Positions 43,128 through 56,960 of a DNA stretch of 64,000 bases are shown here, piece by piece. Numbering within the stretch: the first letter of the stretch is position 1; every line of letters begins with the position of its first letter. The stretch lies in the NCBI RefSeq assembly GCF_006345805.1, contig NC_042997.1, forward strand, positions 141,236,001 through 141,300,000, given 5' to 3'. Source of the stretch: Octopus sinensis (taxonomy: Eukaryota). The notes beneath the pieces are model-generated. The model saw nothing but the letters and a program-made list of their open reading frames with translations. It did no database searches and was not told the origin of the DNA. The translations under genes and the position numbers were made by a program.

Positions 43128-43335
43128 AAGGCGGCGAGACGGCAGAATTGTTAGCACGCCGGGCAAAATTTGATCCATCTTAACGTTTCGAGTTAAAATT
43201 CCGCCGTGGTTGACTTTGCCTTGCGTCCTTCGTGGGTTCGGGAAAATAAGTACCAATTGAGTACTGTGGTCGATGTAATCGACTTACCCTTTCCCCGATA
43301 TCGCTGGCATTTTACAAAAATTTGAAACGAATATA
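43128..43335 (+). mobile_element. SINE family A
   Basis: aaggcggcgagacggcagaattgttagcacgccgggc. Confidence 0.8.
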
Positions 43336-43408
43336 TACAACTTATCCGTTATACTTAGCTTATGTGTGACTATTTAGTTCATTCATCATTCAATATTATT
43401 GCCTGTGT

Positions 43409-43815
43409 AAGGCGGCGAGCTGGCAGAAACGTTAGCACGCCGGGCGAAATGCTTTTCGGTTTTTCGTCTGCCGCTACGTTCTGAGTTCAAATTCCGCCGA
43501 GGTCAACTTTGCCTTTCATCCTTTCGGGGTCGATTAAATAAGTACCAGTTACGCACTGGGGTCGATATAATCGACTTAATCCGTTTGTCTGTCCTTGTTT
43601 GTCCCCTCTGTGTGTAGCCCCTTGTGGGCAGTAAAGAAATAGGTATTTCGTCTGTCTTTACGTTCTGAGTTCAAATTCCGCCGAGGACGACTTTGCTTTT
43701 CATCCTTTCGAGATCGATAAATTAAGTACCAGTTGCGCACTGGGATCGATCTAGTCGACTGGTCCCTCACCCCAAAAATTTCAGGCCTTGTGCCTAGAGT
43801 AATAAAGAATATTAT
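43409..43815 (+). mobile_element. Dimeric SINE family A, well preserved
   Basis: Full head, linker 43576-43643, second B-box-containing body, att tail. Confidence 0.85.
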
Positions 43816-44327
43816 TGGTTGTGTTATACTCATATATTCAATATAAAATTTCCTAAATGGGTTAAAACAACTTATCAGAACTTTTTTCATTTGATTCATT
43901 GTTTACTTGATTCAAACAACCAAGTTAAAAATTCTACTAAATTGTTTAAAAAAAAAAATCAACCAATTATTCATCTGTTTAATAATTTGTCTGGACATTC
44001 GGCCTAATGAGCTTTCACTTCATTATACATCTTTTCCGGAGAAACATAATTTACTTTTCACGTTATGCGTTCCATTATATTTCAACTGAGCGAATTTGAT
44101 TTACTGAATGTACATTTTGCACGCTTATATAATTCTTCAACAACTGAGTAATTGTTAGAATAGTTTCCTATTCCTCGATCATTGTACTATCTAAAACCTA
44201 GAGAAATAATGCTAGACATGCAGATTTATAATTGCCAAATTTAGAAAAATTAAAACATCTGACAAAAAAAATGTATTTACACGTTTACACAGATACAGAT
44301 ATATATATATATATATTATATATATAT

Positions 44328-44393
<66 letters not shown>

Positions 44394-44493
44394 TAGTTAA
44401 TCCAAACAAGAAAACACAGAAAAAAAACACAGCAACGCGAGGACGTGGAACAATTAAAGTATTATTTGACGCTCAGGAAAGAAGGGAAGGAGG

Positions 44494-44528
44494 GTTTAAC
44501 GTTTCGAGCGGAGCTCTTCGTCGGAAAC
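44494..44528 (-). ncRNA. Minimal Penelope-type hammerhead motif (U4C variant)
   Basis: Minus: gttt-CCGACGA-a-gagc tcc gctc-GAAA-cg-TT-aaac; palindromic stem III ACGT; in a TA-flanked module at ~44396-44604. Confidence 0.6.
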
Positions 44529-44837
44529 AAAGGGGAAGGAAAGATCCCGAGAAGGGAAGACAGAGGAAAAAATTTTTTTTGCTGGTGGTGCTCAAGAGAT
44601 CACATGTATATATATATATATAATGTATAGTTCACAGATGAGATCCAGATATTTTCCATACAGAATAAGACAGTAGTGCTCAAATGATTCAATCTTTACA
44701 GGGGATCATTCCACAAGGTAATGAAAGGTTATAAGAGGGATCAGATTGAGCGAGTATAGAAGCAATTATGAGGATAAAGAATTGGGCACATCAAATGTAT
44801 TAATTATATTAAATACGTCAAATACAAAATATGTATA

Positions 44838-45072
44838 TACAGGGTTGGCCAAGACTCACCTGACAGTAAATCAAAATCATTTAATTCCAAGATATATTTA
44901 TATATGACAACTGAATGAATTTGATAATAGCATCTAAATATGAAACATTATGAAAATTTTTCAAATTGAAGTATTCCTTGAGCGACACAGTTTTCCATTC
45001 GAGTCAATATAGAATTACAGATAGTATTCATGGAATTTTGATTTACTGTCGAGTGACTTTTGGCAAAACGAG
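44838..45072. mobile_element. Tc1/mariner-type MITE (~235 bp)
   Basis: cagggttggccaagactcacctgacagtaaatcaaaat versus attttgatttactgtcgagtgacttttggcaaaacg. Confidence 0.7.
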
Positions 45073-45781
45073 AGAAAACTAAAGAGGCGGAAGAAGGGTA
45101 TTATAAGTCCAACAGCTGTGTGCGCGTGCGTGCGTGTGTGTGTGTGCGTGCGTGTGTGTGTGTGTGTGTGTAAATCCTTGCTATTTATATATAGATTTAG
45201 TTCATCACAAAATGTGGCCGTATGGATGCATTCAACATAGAATGAAATGAGCCTCCGTCATCAGAGTTGAGAATACCTTACATTTCAGCTCTTAACATCT
45301 ATATATTTATATACATAAATTCACATCATCTAAAAGTTTCCACCTTTTGCTCTCTCTGATTTTGCATGTATACATACACATATATGTGTGTGTGTGTGTG
45401 CGCGTGTGTGTGTATGTGTGTGGTAAACTCTCGCTACATATATATATATATTATATATATATATATATATAATAGCTTATATATATATGTGTATGTATGT
45501 ATATACATATATATATATATATATGTATGTATGTATGTATACATAATATATATGTGTGTGTGTGTGTGTGTTTGTCCGCCCGCCCCCAACATCGCCTGAC
45601 AACCGATGCTGTTTACGTCTCCGTAACTTAGCGGTTCGGCAAAAGACACCGATAGAATAAGTACTAGGCTTACAAAGAATATGTCCTGGGGGACGATTTG
45701 CTCGACAAAACGCGGTGCTTCAGCATGGCCACAGCTAAATGACTGACACAGGTATAAGAATAAAAAAACATAGCGAAGGTA

Positions 45782-45826
<45 letters not shown>

Positions 45827-45827
45827 T

Positions 45828-45884
<57 letters not shown>

Positions 45885-46478
45885 GTTATCAGTAATAATA
45901 TAGGGTGAAATTAATTAATTTGGAATAATCATTAATTTCACCAAGTAGATTTCGGCATGTAAAAGCCCCATTCGAGGAAGGTTTAAGTAATACTAAGTAA
46001 TTAAGGGTTTAGCAACGATTTGCCTCACCACACACCGAGTTTAGAAATAGCAGTCAAAGAGTTCTGGCTATTCTTTCTACTCAAAAGGGAGATCTCAGTA
46101 AAACCACAGCACTTAAAAGGCAAACGCAGGCAAAAGAGAAAGAAAGACGACAATCATTCTATATTAAGTCACCTACGGACGTACGTTTCGAAATTAAGTC
46201 TTAGGAAAGCATAAAAATTAGATAATTATGTCTTACCCAACTATTTTTCTCATCAGCGTAGGACTCTACAATTATGAATAATTGTATATTAAATTTGGAG
46301 GTACTAGAAGACATCACCTCAACTCATGGTATCAGAGCGAGCTTAAGCGGTTACCAGTATCACCAAATTCAAAGTGTGAATGAAAGTTTGTGTCACCAAC
46401 CTCCTCCCACCAGCGTGCTGCCAGGATAAGATGTGGTCATTTACTGGGATGAAATATGGTTATCAGTAATAATATAGG
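45885..46478 (-). mobile_element. Diverged hammerhead-bearing unit (574 bp plus 20 bp terminal direct repeat), homologue of the 9 kb and 59 kb arrays
   Basis: gttatcagtaataatatagg at 45885 and 46459; colinear shared blocks (cacgctggtgg, ctgctatttctaa, tacttggtgaaatt, aattaattaattt.accct); abuts (TA)n. Confidence 0.8.
46172..46262 (-). ncRNA. Type I hammerhead ribozyme, fully canonical (GUC triplet)
   Basis: Minus: cctacg-CTGATGA-g...long stem II...c-GAAA-cgtacg-TC-cgtagg; 6 bp stem I, G10.1-C11.1, palindromic stem III. Confidence 0.9.
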
Positions 46479-46597
46479 ACTCCATTTTTTAAAGCCTGGT
46501 TTTTTTAAAAAAAATTTGTGGAACAGCTAAGTTACGAAACATAAGTAAACCAACGCTAGCGTCAAGTGGGGACACAGACATAAACAGACCACACACA

Positions 46598-46658
<61 letters not shown>

Positions 46659-46748
46659 GTATATATATATATATACACGACGGGTTTCTTTCAGTCTCCG
46701 TGTACCAAATACACACTTAAGTCTTTTGTGTCCCGAAAGATTTCACAG

Positions 46749-47020
46749 GTATTTCTAGTCATTCGAACAACAACAAAGCAGTTCCCTTGCTTCTGCTCTT
46801 GTTGGAACCCGGGTATATTTATACAAACAAACATAAAATAGGTAAACGATTGAAATTTTAAGAGGAAAAACGAACGCAAAGACCGATAAATGCAAAAATA
46901 TATTCAAAATCGCTTACATTATACAAAACCCCAAACCTCCTTAAACTAGAAACCCTAAACAAGTATTTCCCTTATAGAATTTAAATCTCAATGATAGACA
47001 ATCATGCAAATTTACTGCTG
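46749..47020 (+). repeat. Copy 1 of a ~270 bp dispersed direct repeat (copy 2 at 50203-50460)
   Basis: gtatttctagtcattcgaacaacaac...ctcaatgatag shared, visibly diverged. Confidence 0.85.
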
Positions 47021-47136
47021 TGTAATATTTGTATGCATGTGTGTATGTATGTATGTATGTATGTATGTATGTATGTATGTATGTATTTAGGTATGCATGT
47101 ATGTCCATAATTGTTGAGAATATATATATATATATA

Positions 47137-47554
47137 GGCATAGGAGTGGCTGTGTGGTAAGTAGCTTGCTTACCAACCACATTGTTCCGGGTTCAGTCCC
47201 ACTGCGTGGCAGCTTGAGCAAGAGTCTTCTACTATAGCCTCGAGACGACCTAAGCCTTGTGAGTGGATTTGGTGGACGGAAACTGAAAGAAGTCTGTCGT
47301 ATATATGTATATATGTATATATATATGTGTGTGTGTGTGTGTGTGCATGTTTGTGTGTCAGTGTTTGTCCCGCCCCCAACATCGCTTAACAACCGATGCT
47401 GGTGTGTTTAGGTCCCCTTAACTTAGCGGTTCGGCCAAAGTGACCGATACAATAAGTACTAGGTTTACAAAGAATACGTCCTGGTGTCAATTTTCTCGAC
47501 TAAAGGCGGTGCTCCAGAATGTCCACAGTCAAATGGTTGAAACAAGTAAAAGAG
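47137..47554 (+). mobile_element. Full-length SINE family B with internal microsatellite
   Basis: tRNA-like head ggagtggctgtgtggtaagtagcttgc...gggttcagtccc, internal (TA)(GT) tract, tail ...aaacaagtaaaagag; fragments also at ~8925, 27885, 28200, 45575, 49680, 51110, 56343. Confidence 0.85.
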
Positions 47555-47875
47555 TATATGGAGGGAATGCATGAGCACGTGTGAATGGAAGACACTAGTC
47601 CAGGCTATAAAGCAGTGGAACTAAATCCGGGACCACTTGGTTATGACGAAAACTACTCACCACATAGCCACTACATAGTAATACGTTTCAAAACTGCTAT
47701 AGTAAAAACAGCGTGGTAACTGGGAAAAATGGAAATGCCGAAGTGGTTCACACAATACCCCATAAATGTGTGAACATAATTATGACTCTCAATTGTTAAA
47801 ACATAACTATACACATACGCACTTCACATTATAAGTCCGTAGGTGATTGCATGTCCCCAAATACGATCTCCTGTA

Positions 47876-47960
<85 letters not shown>

Positions 47961-48707
47961 GTATATATTATATATATTCTCTGTGTATATATATATATAT
48001 AGTATATATATACTTTGGTATGTTGATACATTGATATATGAAGATATTAACGGATATGATTTCTCAAAAGAAGTATCACGGAATAGCATCCATCTTGTGT
48101 ACACATTAGAAGATATGTTCAAATTTAGAACATAAATATACACGTATGTGATATTACATAAATACCAAGCAAATATTTATAAATTTCCATTGACATTGCA
48201 TAATTTGTTATATTTCGTAAGATTTTCTTTCCAACAAACTCTTTTCCTTTTACTATTTCTGCACACTGCATAAGAAACTACTCAATTGTCCGTAATGTCT
48301 TAAGATATAATTTTCTCATTCGCAAATATAATATTAAGACCCGTCGACAGCAAGCTTCAGTTTTCGTTAAGCAAGTCCATTAGCAAGAAACTCGAGTTAT
48401 GATCGATTGATCACGTAATCCTTATTCTGAATCTAGATAAATATGGACAGGAATAAAGAAACATAATAGCAGAGTGGTTATCAACGATCGATGGATGTTT
48501 TATGAATAGGGAAGATCAAACAAATCACGCAGCACAGTATATATCTTAAAATCATCTCTCTTGGGGGACGCTAATGGAAGGGTATTTATGCATATGGAAG
48601 TATGTACGTATGTATATATGTATATAAGATATATGTATATATGCATACATATATAGACTTGTATAGAAATATATATAGATATATGATACATATTATGTAT
48701 ACATACG

Positions 48708-48745
48708 TATATGTACATATAATGTATAATGATTATCAGATATAC

Positions 48746-48805
<60 letters not shown>

Positions 48806-48843
48806 GTATATCTGATAATCGTTATACATTATACGTACATATA
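48708..48843. repeat. Near-perfect palindrome centred on (TA)n
   Basis: Arms tatatgtacatataatgtataatgattatcagatatacgtg / cacgtatatctgataatcgttatacattatacgtacatata. Confidence 0.9.
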
Positions 48844-48887
48844 TAATGTATATATATATATATATATATACATATATATATACATAC

Positions 48888-48945
<58 letters not shown>

Positions 48946-48968
48946 ATATATATATATATATTATATAT

Positions 48969-49007
<39 letters not shown>

Positions 49008-49162
49008 CTTAGCTACTTCTCTCCGTATCTCTGTCTCTCTCAACACACACACATTCGCATAAATAAATATACATGTGCTTGTGTAATCCACACGCTTGTG
49101 TATGTGAGCATCACACACACTCACACGCATACACACATTAACACGCGCTCCCGCACATATAA

Positions 49163-49202
<40 letters not shown>

Positions 49203-50516
49203 GTATATATATATTCACAAAAAATATATACATACAACAAAATGAAATGAAAAAATAAAAAGTATAGTAAAAATGGAAAATTATTGTTAATATTACAAAA
49301 TGCTATGGTTATGATATATGCCCGAAATAAGTCGATATCTAACATCACTTTATATTTATTTGTAATGCAAACCCTTATGAACAAATGACGCTTAAGGAAA
49401 CAAGTAGAATATTGCTATGTTTATGAATATATTTTAAAAAGTGTCTCTAATCTTCTGTTATGGCTGTGTTGAAAGAAAAGCTTGTTATTATCTTAAAAGG
49501 TTATAATTACAAGGTAGATGAATATACTGGCGACCTGGCTTGTATAATTATAGCTGTTTCAGATTGTAAATGTATGTATACAGCATATTAACGACCTGGT
49601 TGTGTAATGTTCATGGGGAAAGCTGTTCACCTCTGAAATGGCAAGTCTTCAGCAAAGTAAAGAATGAATATTCATATATGCAGGCATGGCTGCGTGGTTA
49701 AGAAGCACGCTTTGTAACCACGTTGAGTTTAGGTTCAATATCACTGTATTGTTAGGCCGATCGAACAATACTTTGTGAGTTAATTTGGCAGACAAAAACT
49801 CTGTGTGTGTGTGAGTGCGCGCGCATGTATTTTTGAATGCTTGTCACGTACACTACATGACAACTAATGTTGGCTGTTTATCTCCTAGGTTCGGTAAAAG
49901 AGTTCATCAGAATAAGTAGTAGATTTTCAAAAAGCTTAAAACATGCAGCTGATTTGTTTTCGATTATAATCTTCAAAGCGGTGCCCCAGCTTGGACGCAA
50001 TCAAATGACAGAGTTAAGTAAAAACTACAATAGAGAAGATACACTTGTTTGTTGGGTTTTTTTTTTTACCTCTAGGCCAGTTTTGATTTAACATAGGTCA
50101 TTCTAGTAATAACTACGTCATATTCTTTCTTTTCCAGTTCTCTTGAATCTCACAATGTAATGTAGGTAATGTTTTTGTGTGATAATTTGAGGGAAATTCG
50201 AAGTATTTCTAGTCATTCGAACAACAACGTAGCAGTTCCCTTGTTTGTGCTCCGGGTATATTTATACAAAGAAACATAAAATAGGTAAACGATTGAAATT
50301 GTAAGAGGGAAAACGAACGCATAGACCGATATATGCAAAAACAAATTTTAAATCCTTTACATTATACAAAAACCCAAGCCTCCATAAACTAGAAACCCCT
50401 AAACAAGTATTACCCTTATAAAATTAAAATCTCAATGATAGAAAATCATGTAAAATTAGTGTTGTTTAATGTATGTATGAATGTATGTATGCATATATGT
50501 ATATACGTATTTGTTT

Positions 50517-50562
<46 letters not shown>

Positions 50563-51209
50563 ATATAGTGGGAATGCATGTATATATGTATGTATGTATG
50601 TACGTGTGAATGCAGCAAGAAAACTATCATAAACCAAGATAACAATAAAGTTCTTAACCCTACAAGAAGTATAATTTTATTGAAGGACTACTTAGAATAC
50701 AAGACATAAAAGATTCACAGTCAAGAAGCACATCAAGTGCATACAACAGTCATAGCTGCCTAACGGGTATCATTATCGTTTCGATGCCTCGGCAGTACCA
50801 TTCAATCTGTTGATGTCAGCACTGTTAAAACATAAGCGTTGTCTACAAACTGTTAGACAGTAAACCAGACATTAACATAATATGCGCATTATGTCTATAC
50901 TTATTAACTGTTACAAATATCAAATCTCAGACATAGATCACACCTTCCTACAGCTACGAAACACAAAATTTAATAATATATATATATAGAAAGCAGTGAA
51001 ATGTCCACAAAACAGACATTGCCACCACAAGAACTCTAGAGCTTAAAAACTATAAACATTAAAATGAACTAGTCAACTAAACGAATAGACTAAGAGTTAC
51101 TGAACAGGCGCAAGCGTGACAAGAAACTTGCTTCTCAGCGACATGGTCCCGCATCGATCAAAGAGCCTTGAGAGTGGTTTTGGTAGACGGAAACAGAAAA
51201 AAGCTCGTC

Positions 51210-51251
<42 letters not shown>

Positions 51252-51506
51252 TATATAAAAACTCACACACACACTCGATCATCATTGATATGTATTTATA
51301 CTCACAAATACAGACCTCTCTTGCAATGTTCATACATGATCTCTTTTTCTGACTATATGTGAAGAGATGAGCATATACACACAAAAGAACATTAGTGAAT
51401 ATTACATCCATAAATACACGATGCATATATACATATATATATATATATATTATATATTTATATATATATATTTATATATATAAGACCAAAAGAGTACGGT
51501 CGCCGC

Positions 51507-51564
<58 letters not shown>

Positions 51565-52127
51565 ATGTGTGTGTTGACGTTCTCATAAGGTAACTGTTCG
51601 GTATAAACGACCGATAGATTAAGCAGTAGGCCTTAAAAAGTAAGTACTCGGGTGGATTCGTTTGGCTAAACTTCTTTAAGGCAGTGCCTCAACATGGCCG
51701 CAATTTGAAACAAATTAAAGTTCTAATAGATGGAAACACACGTTGCAAATACATAAAACGGAAAATAACAAAAACCTAAGGAATAATCAACTGAGAACTG
51801 TAAAGATGTAGATTAATTGAAAACAGATATAGATTAATGAAAAAACATGGACCAATAGACGTTGCAGTGAATGATAAATGTCATTTACTATACACAGTAT
51901 TTAAATCTGAGCGACTAATACTTTCATGTTGTGGAAACGCAATAATTCCGCAGATTTGTATGTTATGTCTTGTGTCTTCAAGCAGTCCTTCAGGCTTGAA
52001 TACACATGGATGGCCTCTAATTCTAGCCTGAATGACTCCCTGGAGACTCCAGGCATGATATATAAATCTGCCGAATTATTGTTTCCACTGCATAAAACTA
52101 TTAGTCGCTCATATCTAAATACTGTAT

Positions 52128-52239
<112 letters not shown>

Positions 52240-52289
52240 CCGTGTGTGCGTGTGAGTGTGTGTGTGTGTTCTAACACACTTTGTATAGC

Positions 52290-53500
52290 AATATTTCTTG
52301 CTTTTGCGCAGTTTCTTCCGAATTAAAGAAGAATGCGACTGTGTATCCTTTCTCCAAGAAGGTCAACCATTCTGATTTGCTATCCACAGCCCAATCAGAA
52401 TCTTGCAAACCTCTTACATTGTGCCGTCTGTTGTTTCACGAAATCATTCGATACAGTAAACTCGTCAGCTCTATGGCTGTTGTTCAGAAAATTTGGATGT
52501 GCAGAAAATTTCCCTTGTATAATAGGGTCTCTGCACACTTAAATCATAGCACAGCTTTCAGACCACTCTAGCTCTGCACAGTTTGATGCTACAGAGGATT
52601 CCAAGCACGGCTTCATGCTAGCTCCAATATTGTTCTCACTGTGCCATCGATGCCGGAAGACAGACTTAAGTCAACCTAACGTAATACACATAGAGGGAAG
52701 AACCGATGTTAATCAATTTAAGGTTCCCTACCTCAAGTCTAATATCAACATCACACTTATGTCAGTAGAAGAAATAGTCGCTGGTGATCGTACTTTAATG
52801 CCAGACATTACAATGAAAATTTAGACCTTGAACTATGCTCTTGATGCTGTAGCTTCAATTTCAGGCTTGAAAATTAACACCCGTAAAAGTGAAAATCTGT
52901 ATCGGCCAAGTCTTGATTGAGACGAATTGACACACTAATCCATCACTACCGAAGGGCAGAATCTTATAGAGGCGATCTACTTTACCTATCTAGGTAGTTC
53001 AACTAGAAATGATGGTAGACTCAAGTGACGAAGTAGATTGCAAATAAGCAAAGATAGATCGGAAGTTTGAAAGAACGTTTGTAGAACAACACGCAGGTGC
53101 CAAATGAAGTGCAAAGTATAGCTAACAACAGGAGTATCTGCGCTGCAATAATTTATTAATTGTGAAAGCATGCTTTCATGATGAGATACCACAGAAAGGT
53201 CGTGGCTTTTATAAGAAAAGACAAGAACAGAGACATTCTCTTCTTACAGAAAGCCAAACTCTAACAAGAAGATATATTGGGGCAATGTCATTCAAGCTGA
53301 GTTACACACTCACATAGAATGGAGAAACTTATCCGAGAAGCTAAATACAATTGTGGAGACGTTGAGATAAATCAAAGAAGAGGCCGAGTAAGATATAAGA
53401 ACATGGATAAACGTAAATGCGGATATTGGACATCCATAGGAGTAGCTAGATCACGGCAGGTGAGAAACAAGTGGAGAAGATAGATTCCACGACAGCTGAT
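52290..53500 (+). pseudogene. Degenerate RTE-clade LINE reverse transcriptase
   Basis: FTKSFDTVNSSALWLLFRKFGCAENF, HGFMLAPILFSL, IVAGD (YADD position), SGLKINTRKSE and FTYLGS motifs in shifting frames. Confidence 0.75.
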
Positions 53501-53560
53501 TCCACGACACACGATTTTTCATATGGATAGTTATTGTCGATAATTGACAGGTTGGCTTTC

Positions 53561-53596
<36 letters not shown>

Positions 53597-54472
53597 ACGA
53601 CGATGATGATGAAGACGATAACGACGACGACGATGTTGATTCTAGTGCTAGGGTGCGTGTGTCTGTGCGAATATGTAAAATTTCATTTTTGCATCAGTGA
53701 ATCACGGTGAGAATTAGTGCAACAGAAAGTGAAGTTTGGTTATAGTTCTGCCACCACCACCTTCTACAGGTTATATCTGTCTCTGACTTACCAGATCGCT
53801 AAAATGTCACTGAAAATCCTGGAATCGGTAAACCTGACTAAAACGTATTTAGGCGTGGTCCCATCATGAATACCAGCAAGCCAACGATCCCCAAACTGCT
53901 GAGTAAAAAAAACAGTTCTTAGTAATATCGATTATTTACTCAGGCAAACATTCAAGACCACAAGTATACAGCTCTGACTTTCTTCATTAAGTATAACGAT
54001 TGAAGGTTTCATCGAGTCCAGCCTGGTATTCCCTAACTTATTCTATAGCCTGTATTGTACATTCTATATGACATATATTGTTAAATGCGTCAATTGATTT
54101 CATTGATAACCTTTGTCCATATAATCATTATTTATTTAACTAACCTCTGTCTGTATGTCATAAAATGTCGAAGCGAGTCGTTATGTATTTACAGAGAGTC
54201 GTAACCGATCATTAATGTGTAAAATATTCTTGGATTTGATAAGGTCGTGCTACACAAAGTAGAGAAATGCTATTTCATTGCTCTAGGCATTCAATTAGCG
54301 ATTCGAAATTGAAAAGCAATTAATCAGGATTCAAATTGTTTACTGAGTTTTGAAGGAGTTTTTCCATGCACATACAAACAGAAACATACGCACAAACATA
54401 CCACGTATAATGCCCACATACATACACGTATACACACACATATACATACACCAATATATATATATACATACA

Positions 54473-54517
<45 letters not shown>

Positions 54518-55047
54518 GTACAAACATACGTACATATAAATTTGTATATAGATACATATACATGCACAGTATAGGTATGTGTGTATAGATATATAAACAT
54601 ACACATTCACTCATCCATATACACATACAAACATACACACACATACATACATACATACATACATACATTAATACATACATACATACATATATACATACAA
54701 ACATACATATGCGCGCTTACACACGTATTTAAGGAAATTTATTTTCACACCTATAGACATAGACGCATATATGTGTCGGTGTATGCTGGAGTTTGCCCGC
54801 GCGTCTGACTATGCATGTAAAACTAATTTAACACACATCTATAAATCTGTATGTATGTATGTCTCTATCTCTCTCTATATATATATATGCATGTATGTAT
54901 AAATTGTATGTGTTATGTAATAATAATTTAGAATGCATGAAATTCAGTTTCCTTTTGCTTCGAAATAATCGAAGGATTTCTACTCGAAACTTCCTGAAAT
55001 GCTTCTAGTGGTTTATGGAAGTGTGTGGAGGAGGGACATTATTCTTA

Positions 55048-55150
55048 CCTTCTCTTCTACCTTTTCTTCTCCTTCTTCTTCTTCTTCTTCTTCTTCTTCT
55101 TCTTCTTCTTCTTCTTCTTCTTCTTCCCTCTCCTCCTCCTTCCCCACCAC
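55048..55150. repeat. (TTC)n microsatellite
   Basis: Seen directly; explains the poly-S/E/F ORFs. Confidence 0.95.
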
Positions 55151-55642
55151 CTCTTCGGTGGTTCTGTTTTCCTTGCAGTCTCTCGTAAAAACTGTTCGCT
55201 GTCTGTTCAATTTACGGAAATAGATTTAATCGATTTTTAGTATTCTACCGAACAACAGACACATTTTTGCCGAAGCAATTCGGATTTAATCGATTCCAGA
55301 GGCGACACGGACCACATAGGGCACTGAAATACCCTTTATTTATTTATCTACTTATTTACTTTCGTCAATTTAGAGGTAAAGTCACTTTGTCTTACACCTT
55401 TCAGGTAGTTTGAGGTGTGTTATTATAAATATTTGCAATATTCCAACCGTCCGAAATTATTTCCAATACATATTTTCAACAACAACTAATTAAACGAAGC
55501 GGAATAAAATGCTTGATATAAAACTAAAAGTTATAATATATATATTCTCTGAAAAAGGAGAAGTAGTGTAGCAAAGAATCGAAACTGACTACCACAGGTA
55601 ATACGAAGCATAACGTATTTGACGAATATCATTTCTCAGCTT

Positions 55643-56060
55643 CAAAGCGGCGAGCTGGCAGAATCTTTAACACGCCGAGCTAAATGCTTAGCAGTATTTC
55701 TTCCGACTTCACGTTTTGAGTTCAAATTCCGCTTAGGTTGACTTTGCCTTTCATCCTTTCGGAGTCGATAAAATAAGTACCAGTGGAGTATTGGGAGTCG
55801 ATTTAATCGACTAGCCCCTCCCCCATAATTTCAACCTTTGTGCCTAAAATAAAAACGATTACTTTTTAGCTTCAAAGCAGCGAGCTGGTAGAATCGTTAC
55901 CACACCGGACAAAACGCTTGTCAGCATTTCTTTCGGCCTTACGTTCTGAGGTCGACTTTGTCTTTCATCCTTTTGGGGTCAATAAATTAAGCACCAGTGG
56001 AGAATCGACTTAACCGCTCCCCTATAATTTCAGGCTTTGTACCTATTTAGAAAAAAATAT
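55643..56060 (+). mobile_element. Two head-to-tail SINE family A copies
   Basis: Both preceded by ...agcttcaaagc(g/a)gcgagctgg. Confidence 0.8.
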
Positions 56061-56616
56061 TCTTTAGCTTCTAGTGCTACATCAAACTAAACTCCTTTTA
56101 TCTTGTATGGTAGAAACGGAGTCCACCACTCGAAATTACAATATATATAATACATGACGCTTTCTGGGGCAGTCTATCAAATCTAACTGGGTCTACGGAG
56201 AACATTTACTTTATCATTAAAACCACATGAAACGTTCGCCACAGGAATCCAGAGTGGTGGAAGCACAATGCTTTTTGCGTTTATCTTCAATTCAATCTCG
56301 TGTTATTAAAAAAATGGTTGTGTTTTTATTAATTCGATTAATGGTGCAGGCATGTCTGTGATGTTAAGAACCTCGCTTCGTAGCAACTTGATTTCAAGGT
56401 CAGCCCCACTGTGTAACACCTAGGGAAAATGTCTTCTATCGTAGCCCCAAGCCCCGGCCGATGCCTTCTGAGAGAATTTGGAAAAGGAAAACTATGTGGA
56501 AGCCCATCACACACACATACTCACATATGTGTGTGCGTGTGTGTGTTCGTCTCTGTGCTCGTCACTTGCTGCCACGGGTACTTAATTTATCGACTCCGAA
56601 AGGATGAAAGACAAAG

Positions 56617-56960
56617 TATTTAGGAAGATTTGAACCTAAAAGATGAAAATATGTTACAATGTGCTACTATCAAGCTGTATATTAACGCCAATAAATTTGC
56701 ATTAAAAGGGTCATGTAAAAAAGGAAATGTTTCTCACATTGACATTAGGCCATGCATGTTCTTTTCTACTCTAGGCACAAGTCCAGAAAATTTGATGGAG
56801 GGGGCCAGTCGATTAGATCGACCCCAGTATGCAACTGGTACTTAATTTATCGACCCCCAAATGATGAAAAGCAAAAATCGACCTCGGTGGAATTTGGTCT
56901 CAGAACGTAAAGACAAACGAAATACTGCTAAGTATTTCGCCCGGCGTGCTAACATTTCTT
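56617..56960 (+). repeat. Local duplication, paralogue of 62492-63180 (empty SINE site)
   Basis: aggaagatttgaacctaaaagatg...atcaagctgtatattaacgcc...aggccatgcat shared. Confidence 0.85.

Noticed and set aside
48320-48402. gaaactcgagtt at 48387 as another hammerhead
   Set aside because: Only the 3' half is present; the putative core (UCGCAAA) has three departures and stem II does not pair. At most an eroded relic
50771-50810. Minus-strand tgcc/ggca-tc-GAAACGAUA as an HHR
   Set aside because: Core and stem I do not fit
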